36,835 bases of DNA from Patescibacteria group bacterium (GTDB lineage: Bacteria > Patescibacteriota > Saccharimonadia > CAILAD01 > BJGX01), in contig JAPLVO010000013.1 in the NCBI GenBank assembly GCA_026397045.1, positions 1 to 36,835 of the forward strand. The letters are read 5' to 3'. Under the pieces are notes generated by a model. The model worked only from the letters and a program-made list of their open reading frames with translations. It searched no databases and was not told the DNA's origin. How positions within the stretch are numbered: the stretch's first letter is position 1; each line of letters opens with the position of its first letter. Positions 5,599 through 13,563 of this stretch are shown in pieces. Position numbers and translations under genes: made by a program.

Positions 5599-8076
5599 CT
5601 AGTTAATAATTGATCCGACTGGCAGTGAATCCAGCTTGACTCTTACTACCTGGGAATCATTATCGCCCTTTGTAGTTACCCCAAGAAGCTCGCTGGCTGC
5701 CGACATCGTGTCGTGATTATGAGTAACTACCAGGACTTGAGATTTATTCGAAATACTGGCCAGAAGTTCTGCAAATTTCTTGGTATTTAACTCGTCTAGG
5801 GCTGCATCTACTTCGTCGAGCACAATAAATGGGGATGGATTAGCTATAAGTATCCCGGCCAACAGAGCAACAGATGCCAGCGCCTTCTCTCCTCCGGACA
5901 AAGATGATAGATTCTGGGCTTTTTTATTAGGGAGCTGGACGATTATCTCGACACCATAGCCAAACTCTTGCTCTTTAAGCTCTAGCCGTGCTTGGCCGCC
6001 ACCAAAAAGCTTCACAAAGTTCTTGCCAAAACTAATGTTAATTTTTTCGAAGCTCTTCTCGAATACTTTTTGCATCTTAGCAGTAATCTGAGTAGATGCC
6101 TTATCGAGGTCACCTATAGCCCCTAGAAGGTCTTCTTGCTGAGACTCCAGAAACTCCAGTCTCTGGGTCGCTTTGCTAGCCTCCCTCAAGACACCCGGAC
6201 TTATTTCATTTAGAACCCCAGCCTCTGCCTCTAGCTTCTCAATAGTCGACATGTCAATTTTATCCTCCGAGGCCTTGATGCCCTTAGAGCCAGACCTAAA
6301 CCATTGTCTATAAAGTGCTTTTATGGACTCCTTGGACTCATTTGCTGAAACTAACTCTGCCTTGACGACATCTATCTCGGCTTCTAAGCGTACACGGTTA
6401 TTAGACATCTCTTCATGCCTGAGGTAGTAGGTGTTGTTCGACTCTTCATTATCGTTGCTGGCCAATTCAATCAATTCTTTACGAAGAGCGCCTAGCTGAG
6501 CAATAAGAGTATCTCTCTTCGCCTCTAGCCTAGCCAATTCTAATAATATCTTAGTGTGCTTTTTTTCTAGGCCTTGGGGTTTATTGTCCTTCTCCAATCC
6601 CCTGAGCTGTAAAGTCAGGTCTTTAATTCTAGATGTAGTGTTGGCAAAGTCCATCTCGCTTGCCCTAAGTATAATAATTTCTTTAATCTGGGACTCACTA
6701 ATAACCTCGCGATCACCCAAGAGGCCCGAAATCGAGTTCTGGACGCGCCCGACCTTCATTGCTAATTCAGCGGGGTCATCTTGTATGGAATGCTTTATCA
6801 TTCTGCGTAGCTTGTAGAATACCATCGCCAAATCAGTGTAGGACTTTCCCCTCTGCATGCTGTCTTGTAGTATGTCAATTAGGCCTAGACTATGCCTCAG
6901 ATACTCTGTTTTTTGAGATTTAGAGAGTTGTAGTCTTGTTTCGTCTAGCACCTTGGTTTGATACTTAATCTTGCCATCTAAGGCACTGATCTGTTTCTCA
7001 TTCTTACGTGCTTTAAGTTTTAAAATGCTATGTGTCTTGAGGTGGCTTTCGGAGCTGGCCACAAGATTATCTATTTCTGTCTTTATCTGATCTATAAGCG
7101 GGTTTTGTGTGTTTATTTGGCTGTTCACCTCTTGAATTTCTAATTTAAGCTCAGAAATAATATCATCTGAAGCATCTCTTTCAGACTCCAAAGATGTGAG
7201 TTTTTCTGTAATCTTTAGCGCAGCCTGCCGAGATTTTACAATCTGGTTCTGGCTATGTTGCTTATCTAGCTTTGCTATCTCTGAGAATAAAACTTTAAGC
7301 ATGGCCTTACGGCTTGCTAGCTTAGTGTTGGTCGAAGTTACTAATTTACCAATACTGAGACTAGTTTGGCTGATATAGGCCAACTTACTAGATAGCGTTT
7401 CGGCGAGAAGTTTTTTACGCCTGTCAAACATGGCGGCTTGGCTGCTCAGTATTTCCTGCTGAGGCCTCAGCTCTGAGAGCAGATCCTGCACCTGGGTAAG
7501 ATTCTGCTTTGTGGTCTCGATTCGCTTGCGTGCCTGTCCGAGCTTAATCTCATACTGCTTAATTCCGCTCGCCTCATCGAATAATTGCTTCCTTTCCTGG
7601 CCGCTTGATAGTATTAACCGATCTATCATGCCTTGGCCTATTACCGTGTAGCTCCCCACCCCGAAGCCACTTGAGGCTAATAGTTCTTGTATGTAGCTGA
7701 GGCTAACCCGTTTGGAATTAAGAAGGTAGTTACTTTCACCACTTCGATAGAGCCTACGAGTTATCTCTATTTCGGTAAAGTCCAGCGGGATACTGCCAGA
7801 TTTATTATCGAGGGTTATTATAACCTCTGCCATACTCGCACGAGATTTACTATCTCCTCCATGATAGATCAAGTCTTCCGACTTATCGGTCCTAAGCGAC
7901 TTGTTCTTTTGTTCGCCAAAAACCCACCTTATCGCGTCGGCGATATTGCTCTTTCCTGATCCGTTGGGGCCAACTATTGCCACCAACCCGTCCCCGAAGT
8001 TAATCTTAGTGCGTTTTGCAAAAGACTTAAACCCAGCGAGCTCGATACTAACTAAAGAAACTACTCCTGACTTCAT
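5599..8076 (-). CDS. smc: Chromosome segregation ATPase SMC, compact form
   Basis: N-terminal GFKSFAKRTKINF...VGPNGSGKSNIADAIRWVFGEQ (Walker A). C-terminal LSGGEKALASVALL...FIVLDEVDAALD (signature motif and Walker B). The middle is coiled-coil-like. ATG8076 is preceded by TACAAT-N6; the ORF-track start is TTG8112. Confidence 0.88.
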   Translation of the reverse strand: MKSGVVSLVSIELAGFKSFAKRTKINFGDGLVAIVGPNGSGKSNIADAIRWVFGEQKNKSLRTDKSEDLIYHGGDSKSRASMAEVIITLDNKSGSIPLDFTEIEITRRLYRSGESNYLLNSKRVSLSYIQELLASSGFGVGSYTVIGQGMIDRLILSSGQERKQLFDEASGIKQYEIKLGQARKRIETTKQNLTQVQDLLSELRPQQEILSSQAAMFDRRKKLLAETLSSKLAYISQTSLSIGKLVTSTNTKLASRKAMLKVLFSEIAKLDKQHSQNQIVKSRQAALKITEKLTSLESERDASDDIISELKLEIQEVNSQINTQNPLIDQIKTEIDNLVASSESHLKTHSILKLKARKNEKQISALDGKIKYQTKVLDETRLQLSKSQKTEYLRHSLGLIDILQDSMQRGKSYTDLAMVFYKLRRMIKHSIQDDPAELAMKVGRVQNSISGLLGDREVISESQIKEIIILRASEMDFANTTSRIKDLTLQLRGLEKDNKPQGLEKKHTKILLELARLEAKRDTLIAQLGALRKELIELASNDNEESNNTYYLRHEEMSNNRVRLEAEIDVVKAELVSANESKESIKALYRQWFRSGSKGIKASEDKIDMSTIEKLEAEAGVLNEISPGVLREASKATQRLEFLESQQEDLLGAIGDLDKASTQITAKMQKVFEKSFEKINISFGKNFVKLFGGGQARLELKEQEFGYGVEIIVQLPNKKAQNLSSLSGGEKALASVALLAGILIANPSPFIVLDEVDAALDELNTKKFAELLASISNKSQVLVVTHNHDTMSAASELLGVTTKGDNDSQVVRVKLDSLPVGSIIN

Positions 8077-8082
8077 CACTCT

Positions 8083-8088
8083 ATTGTA
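8083..8088 (-). promoter_or_regulatory. -10 box TACAAT, 6 nt upstream of smc ATG8076 (leaderless pattern)
   Basis: Minus strand reads TACAAT-AGAGTG-ATG with no SD. Confidence 0.45.
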
Positions 8089-8127
8089 CTTGTGATTACT
8101 ACCCTTAAGCAATAAGCTAATAGAATA

Positions 8128-9426
8128 TTAAGATGGCTCCAGGTATTGCCTAATTGCTTCCTGGAGTTTTTTAGGCATAAAACTATCTCGCCAGGACATA
8201 TAATCATAATTGGGTTCATCGAACTTTAGGCTAGATAGCTCTGGATAGCTACCTAATTTTTTGGACATTGCTATAGCGGTACGCGTTTCGGCAATTTCTC
8301 CCACACACTCTAGAGGCTTATGACCGTCGATGCCCAGGAGCTGCTCGAAAGTGCCTTTTAGCTCGGGGTCTGCAAAAAGATTTTTACCTCCAAAGAGCTC
8401 CATGAGCTGGATCTTACTAGTAAATGGTGAGAATACTGTAAAGACAAATGCACACTTGGGGCACTTTCCGCACCAACCAAGCTTGCTAGCATTCCCGACG
8501 GTGAAGTTGGCATTACAGCTTGAAAAAATAGCTTTATACTTATCAAGATAGTTCTCGCAAAATATTTTAGCTATTCTCAATTCGCTAAATGGCCTAAGCA
8601 CAGAATAATACTCAATGTCTTGAGCAATATTGGATTTAATATACTCGGCCATATCCTTTTCAAACATCGATGTTTTAGAGTACTGGTGGTTGATGGGGAG
8701 CCCACGCCATATCAAATTTGGCTCGTCGGTAGAAGATTCAATGGCCCAGATGAGGCTTTTTTTGCCGGATAGAATGGCTAGAACCACACCGATAAAGCCG
8801 ACTATTGCAGTGATTGGGACATGGCCATTATAGGCATCTAACTCATTTAAACGAACTAGGTTGGGGTCGATAGTTCGTGATACGCCTACTAAGTCAGCTC
8901 CTAGCACATCGGCGATCGCGCCGAATCTGGCGCCGTGGTTTACCACCCAACAACTAAAATCTATCCCTACTTCTTTTAGTAGTTCAGCGGCCACTATCGA
9001 ATCTTTACCTCCGCCAAGTGCCACTAAAGCACCTACGCCATTTGACTTGATCGGGGTATTTTTGGCAGCTTCAGAAAGCGGGAAATCAATTTGCCCCTTC
9101 CAGTCGAGTGAGTTCGTGTAGAAGAACTGGGCTAAGCCATTAATGTATATTTTATCGAAAAAGAGCTTTTGCTGTTTGCTAAGACTCCCCTTACTAATAA
9201 CTATTTTCTTTGGCAGATAGGCCTTATAGTAACTAATGCCCGCCATAATCCAGAGCGAGAAGAGTGCGCTATCGAGACTCTGGGGGCTATAATCCGTTGC
9301 CTCGACTTGCCATGCAATTGTTTCAGTGAAGAACAGTTCCCCATCTAAACTGTAACTGAAGACTGCCTTGTTAGTAGTTGAATCAAAAATGTAATCTTCA
9401 AATATAAATGCCTGATACTTTTTCAT
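8128..9426 (-). CDS. PP-loop-type ATP-binding protein; candidate MurL-like UDP-MurNAc-L-Ala-L-Glu epimerase
   Basis: 432 aa. ALGGGKDSIVAAELL resembles the SGGxDS PP-loop, and a CGKCPKC cysteine motif is present. Its start lies 2 nt after the murD-like stop. The functional call rests on context and recall, not on a search. Confidence 0.45.
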   Translation of the reverse strand: MKKYQAFIFEDYIFDSTTNKAVFSYSLDGELFFTETIAWQVEATDYSPQSLDSALFSLWIMAGISYYKAYLPKKIVISKGSLSKQQKLFFDKIYINGLAQFFYTNSLDWKGQIDFPLSEAAKNTPIKSNGVGALVALGGGKDSIVAAELLKEVGIDFSCWVVNHGARFGAIADVLGADLVGVSRTIDPNLVRLNELDAYNGHVPITAIVGFIGVVLAILSGKKSLIWAIESSTDEPNLIWRGLPINHQYSKTSMFEKDMAEYIKSNIAQDIEYYSVLRPFSELRIAKIFCENYLDKYKAIFSSCNANFTVGNASKLGWCGKCPKCAFVFTVFSPFTSKIQLMELFGGKNLFADPELKGTFEQLLGIDGHKPLECVGEIAETRTAIAMSKKLGSYPELSSLKFDEPNYDYMSWRDSFMPKKLQEAIRQYLEPS

Positions 9427-9428
9427 TT

Positions 9429-10718
9429 CTAGCCAGTCCCTTCTACTATTTTATTAAATGCCAGTCCTCTCTGAATATAATCGCTGAACATATCAAAGCT
9501 AGAACAGCCTGGGCTAAATACCACGACATCACCTCGCTGGGCTTTGAGTAGGCCAGCAGCTATAATCTGCTCAAAGTTATTGCCGGACATATAATTGACA
9601 TTTTTAACATTCTTTTTTGATAGATCCTTGGCAATATTTTTACCTGTCTGACCATATGTAATAATTGCCCTAAAATCTTGTTTACTAACCTCTTCGGCCA
9701 GATCGTCAAATTGCGTTTTTTTATCATAACCGCCTAGGAACAGGACTTGTGGCTGCGTGAAGCATTTGATGGCAGCTATAGTGGAGGTAGGGTTGGCGGA
9801 GAATGAATCGTTATAATACTTTATTCCATTCCTCTCTGCAACAAGCTCTATATGGTAAGGTAGCCCAGTAAATGTGGAGAGGACCTGGCGGATAGCTTTG
9901 ATATCTTGGGTATAAACCCAGCATGCTGCAATTGCGGCGCACATGTTCTGCAGATTATGGACTCCAGGCAAGGCAATATCCGACACATTAACTATTTTTT
10001 GACCAAAGGCCACGATAGCGCCATCCTTAACACAGACATCGGCTGTTGAGCCATAAGAATATTTTGTTTCTGCTGCTGATAATTGAGCTAGCTGCTGAGA
10101 GACCTTATTATCTGCATAATAAATCGCTACATTATCAGGCTTTTGAAACTTAAAAATATTACCCTTGGAGTTCTGGTACTCGGCTAGGTCATCATGCCAA
10201 TCTAGGTGGTCTTGGGTCACCATAAGACAGACAGCCACTTGCGGGCTTGAATCGACATCATAAAGCTGAAAACTAGACATCTCGTAAATGACTACATCGC
10301 TAGATTTGATATTCTGGAGTTCATCTAGTGCGGGAGTTCCGATGTTACCTAGTAAATGGGCAGTTATGCCAGCTTGTCTTAGAATCTTATATACTAAGGT
10401 GGCCGTGGTGCCCTTGCCCTTAGAGCCAGTCACGCCGATGATGGGAGCCTTGCAGCTTTGCAAGAACTCGTTAGTGGGGGTAGTTATAGGAGTCTTAATA
10501 GAGCTGGTCTGGATCCTTAGGCCTGGGCTCCGAACTAGCAATTGGTAACCATAATTGTCCAGCCCCATAAGAGCATCGGGCCCAAGCACAGATGCTACTC
10601 CCTTGGGTATATTCTTATTAAGATCGTTGTCATGGATAGTTATTTCGTTGCTGGACTTGCTCCAATGCCTAAATGCCGACTGGCCTTCTTTGCCGTATCC
10701 TAGTATTGCTATCTTCAT
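9429..10718 (-). CDS. murD: UDP-N-acetylmuramoyl-L-alanine--glutamate ligase (MurD or MurD2 type)
   Basis: MKIAILGYGKEG Rossmann N-terminus, Mur ligase P-loop GVTGSKGKGTT, typical MurD length and C-terminal domain. Confidence 0.88.
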   Translation of the reverse strand: MKIAILGYGKEGQSAFRHWSKSSNEITIHDNDLNKNIPKGVASVLGPDALMGLDNYGYQLLVRSPGLRIQTSSIKTPITTPTNEFLQSCKAPIIGVTGSKGKGTTATLVYKILRQAGITAHLLGNIGTPALDELQNIKSSDVVIYEMSSFQLYDVDSSPQVAVCLMVTQDHLDWHDDLAEYQNSKGNIFKFQKPDNVAIYYADNKVSQQLAQLSAAETKYSYGSTADVCVKDGAIVAFGQKIVNVSDIALPGVHNLQNMCAAIAACWVYTQDIKAIRQVLSTFTGLPYHIELVAERNGIKYYNDSFSANPTSTIAAIKCFTQPQVLFLGGYDKKTQFDDLAEEVSKQDFRAIITYGQTGKNIAKDLSKKNVKNVNYMSGNNFEQIIAAGLLKAQRGDVVVFSPGCSSFDMFSDYIQRGLAFNKIVEGTG

Positions 10719-10725
10719 GGCTCTA

Positions 10726-10731
10726 ATTATA
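10726..10731 (-). promoter_or_regulatory. -10 box TATAAT, 7 nt upstream of the murD ATG (leaderless pattern)
   Basis: Minus strand reads TATAAT-TAGAGCC-ATG with no SD. Confidence 0.45.
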
Positions 10732-10757
10732 GACTGTTTTAGGCTATTCTAGCTAAT

Positions 10758-10787
10758 TTAGGCCCCCTTACTTCGAAGGGGGCCTAA
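10758..10787 (-). terminator. GC-rich terminator hairpin after the alpha/beta hydrolase gene
   Basis: TTAGGCCCCCTT-loop-AAGGGGGCCTAA, a 12-bp stem, 24 nt downstream of the stop at 10811. Confidence 0.6.
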
Positions 10788-10810
10788 GAACGATAGGACT
10801 ACTAAGTGAT

Positions 10811-11485
10811 TTACCTTACGGTCTGCTTGTGGCGGACTGATACGCTATGGATTACCGCGGGACTATTGACCAAAGAAACATGTCCCACCGTGGCATAGAT
10901 GATATTTATTCTGCTAATCTTGTCTCCTATTGCCATTTTAGCGGTGAAAAGAGCAAAATTTTCTAAATGCGTAGGTACTACTAAATAATTATTGCCACCG
11001 TCTACCATGGAGGCAAACCAGGGCACGACTAGAGCATCGAGAGCCGAAAAATATGAATGCACCTTGCTAGGGTCTAAATTTTTATTTTTCCTAAGCTCGC
11101 TTAACCAGCGACTTCGATGATTCATCGCTTTTATAGATGGGAACGGGAACCATGTTGGGGCAAGCCTGGTGCCATAAAATGGCGATCCAAACACCTCGAC
11201 CGAAATAACTCGGTCAGGGAAGTGATTAGCCAATGCTAGCGCCAGCAGCCCTCCCTGAGAGTGCCCAACTAATATATATTCTGTCTCTTTTCCATGATAA
11301 AAGTAACGCTCCGTGAGCTGGCTTAGAGAACTATCAATTCTGCCGATGCCCAATAGAGGTATGCTTTCAAGATGTACGCTGAGACCAATCTTTTCAAATA
11401 GCTCTATAAGCTTTGCATAGGGGTAGTGTTTGATTCCAAATGGCGGGGCAAATGTCCCCGAAATTATAATTACCTCTGGTTTCAT
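10811..11485 (-). CDS. Alpha/beta hydrolase (lipase/esterase-like)
   Basis: Nucleophile elbow VGHSQGG. 224 aa. SD GAGGTGA upstream. No signal peptide is seen. Confidence 0.7.
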   Translation of the reverse strand: MKPEVIIISGTFAPPFGIKHYPYAKLIELFEKIGLSVHLESIPLLGIGRIDSSLSQLTERYFYHGKETEYILVGHSQGGLLALALANHFPDRVISVEVFGSPFYGTRLAPTWFPFPSIKAMNHRSRWLSELRKNKNLDPSKVHSYFSALDALVVPWFASMVDGGNNYLVVPTHLENFALFTAKMAIGDKISRINIIYATVGHVSLVNSPAVIHSVSVRHKQTVR

Positions 11486-11553
11486 TTCTCACCTCGTTGT
11501 AGGGTTGTAGGGAATAAAGCTCATGGCTATTTAATCACAGTCCTGTGAGTTAC

Positions 11554-12258
11554 TCAAGCCGACTTTTTGACCTCATACTTCTCTAAAGCATCTTGAGCTG
11601 CAGATTGCTGAGCAGTTTGCTTACTATTGCCTTTACCTGTGCCCCATATTTTATCCTTCAAATAGACTGCCATCTCGAATATCTTGTCGTGGTCCGGCCC
11701 TGACTCCGACACTACTTCATAGTGAGGCGTAGTACCTTCTCGCTCCTGAGAGATTTCCTGGAAATGACTCTTGGCATCAATATGGGCTCCCGAAGCCAAG
11801 ATACCATCAAGCTTAGAATTGATATTTACATCGATGAATTTGGCTGCTTCGTCGTAACCCTGGTCTAAATATATAGCACCTATTATTGCTTCGACCAAGT
11901 TAGCCAGTAGGGCCATCCTGGTTCTACCACCGCTCTTAGCTTCTCCCCGGCTCATCAGTAAAAATTTACCTATATCTAATGTTTCGGCCAGATCAGCCAG
12001 GCTCTCGGTCTTAACTAAAGCTGCTCGCCAGCTTGTCAGTTCTCCCTCGGGTTTATCCAAAAACTTTAAAAACAAGAAATCTGTCACTACTAGCTCTAAA
12101 ACTGCATCACCCAAAAATTCCAGCCTCTCGTTGTGATGCTTTACTGTAGAGCGGTGCTCATTCACATAACTGCGGTGGGTAAAAGCAGTTTTGATTAGAT
12201 CATCGCTCTTAAACTTAACCTTGATTATTGCTTCGACTTGTTCTTTATTGAATACCAT
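11554..12258 (-). CDS. rnc: Ribonuclease III
   Basis: RNase III signature ERLEFLGDAVLE. C-terminal dsRBD (PHYEVVSESGPDHDKIF...AAQDAL). Confidence 0.93.
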   Translation of the reverse strand: MVFNKEQVEAIIKVKFKSDDLIKTAFTHRSYVNEHRSTVKHHNERLEFLGDAVLELVVTDFLFLKFLDKPEGELTSWRAALVKTESLADLAETLDIGKFLLMSRGEAKSGGRTRMALLANLVEAIIGAIYLDQGYDEAAKFIDVNINSKLDGILASGAHIDAKSHFQEISQEREGTTPHYEVVSESGPDHDKIFEMAVYLKDKIWGTGKGNSKQTAQQSAAQDALEKYEVKKSA

Positions 12259-12739
12259 ATGCTTTTCTTACGCGTTTTGCGCCCTCCTCTAATAATACTT
12301 TGGTTGCCTTGTATTCGATAGCCTTAAATGCAGCTTGCTCGTCAAACCAGCTAACATCTACTATGCCTTCTGACTTTTCAGGCAGTAAGGTTTCATTCAG
12401 GTCTGTCGATTCCATCAAAAAAACATAAGTCGTCATGAATATCAGTTTACCCTCCATACGATAGAAAAAGTGTATTTTATCTAGCTTATCAATTATCTTA
12501 ATACCCACGAGCCCCGTTTCCTCTGCAACCTCTCTGATGGCAGTCTGCTCGAGTGTCTCGCCACTCTCTACATGCCCCTTAGGTATACTCCAGCGACCTT
12601 TAACATCCTGAAGCAATAAAAACTCCAGGGATCCATTTTTAATTCGAAATATAACTCCTCCGGCAGTGTACTCTCGTACGGCCTTAGAGCGTAGGTCTTT
12701 GGAATGCTCTTTATTTTTTGGTCGATTTCGATGAGTCAT
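12245..12739 (-). CDS. NUDIX hydrolase
   Basis: Nudix box [23 protein letters not shown]. The longer ORF-track N-terminus (to 12856) runs deep into nusB. ATG12739 or ATG12751 is more plausible. It overlaps rnc by 14 nt. Confidence 0.8.
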   Translation of the reverse strand: MTHRNRPKNKEHSKDLRSKAVREYTAGGVIFRIKNGSLEFLLLQDVKGRWSIPKGHVESGETLEQTAIREVAEETGLVGIKIIDKLDKIHFFYRMEGKLIFMTTYVFLMESTDLNETLLPEKSEGIVDVSWFDEQAAFKAIEYKATKVLLEEGAKRVRKAYGIQ

Positions 12740-13220
12740 TTTGGCTGGCATCGACTTGACCGATTCGTTTGTCTTCTCTGGGGTCATATAGCTCGCTTTG
12801 TCTGAATATTGTTCCCAATACTCCATTAATAAATTTACTGGAGTTGTCGCCACCAAATTCTTTGGCTAGCTCAACTGCCTCATTTATAACTACCTTTGGC
12901 GGTACATCCTTTTTAATTAGCAGTTCGTAGAGGCTCATTCTTAGAATTGACTTGTCAATCTTGGCGATCTGATCAATTGGCCACTCTGGGGCAGCTGGTA
13001 TGATCATTTTATCGAGTAGATCTAGATTCTTGAAGGTTCCCTTGACTAGATCGATTATAAACTCTGATTCGTCTACTGCATCTCGATAGACCTCAATATT
13101 GCGCCTCAATACTTCGTCCGTATCAGTACTTAGGCCATCTATACCCAAGCTATCACGAAAGTCACATTCGTAAATACTTTGAAGGGCGATGATCCTACAA
13201 AGATGTCGATTGGAGGCCAT
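12711..13220 (-). CDS. nusB: Transcription antitermination factor NusB
   Basis: [10 protein letters not shown]...[10 protein letters not shown]...[27 protein letters not shown] is a canonical NusB pattern. Confidence 0.88.
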   Translation of the reverse strand: MASNRHLCRIIALQSIYECDFRDSLGIDGLSTDTDEVLRRNIEVYRDAVDESEFIIDLVKGTFKNLDLLDKMIIPAAPEWPIDQIAKIDKSILRMSLYELLIKKDVPPKVVINEAVELAKEFGGDNSSKFINGVLGTIFRQSELYDPREDKRIGQVDASQNDSSKSTKK

Positions 13221-13224
13221 TTAG

Positions 13225-13392
13225 CTAGACCTTTCTTGATCGTGCTAATCCAAGGCTAGCTGCTTTATGCAGCCGCCTAGGTACGGCCTGCCCACTGGTC
13301 TTTTCTACAACCAAATTTACTGCGACTAGGCTATCGTGATTGCGTCTCTGCCCACGAGTAGATGATGTTCGGCGTTTCTTAGGTACTGCCAT
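13225..13392 (-). CDS. rpmF: 50S ribosomal protein L32 (Cys-less type), not in the supplied ORF track
   Basis: My translation is MAVPKKRRTSSTRGQRRNHDSLVAVNLVVEKTSGQAVPRRLHKAASLGLARSRKV*. The MAVPK..R.S..R...RR.H N-terminus and EKTSG core resemble E. coli-type L32. SD AAAGGAG is 6 nt upstream. The stop lies 4 nt before the nusB ATG. Confidence 0.85.
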   Translation of the reverse strand: MAVPKKRRTSSTRGQRRNHDSLVAVNLVVEKTSGQAVPRRLHKAASLGLARSRKV

Positions 13393-13563
13393 TGTTCTCT
13401 CCTTTTAGTTAGAGAAGATATATAAGCAAAGAGCTTTTGCGAAGTGCATTATCGAAATATCGAGATTGATTAGATTAGCGAGTGCTTTATACTTTGCCAA
13501 TCTAGATTGCACTAGGCATATCTTCGAAATCAACTATAGCAAATTTTAGCAGTTTTGGCAAGG

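Noticed and set aside
11495-11520. Tandem CTACAAC(C) repeat upstream of the hydrolase gene
   Set aside because: There are only two copies of a 7-8-mer in a short intergenic spacer, which is compatible with chance.
12740-12856. N-terminal extension of the Nudix ORF overlapping nusB by 146 nt
   Set aside because: The extension lies inside the conserved NusB C-terminal coding region. Internal ATGs at 12751 and 12739 give a normal-length Nudix protein.
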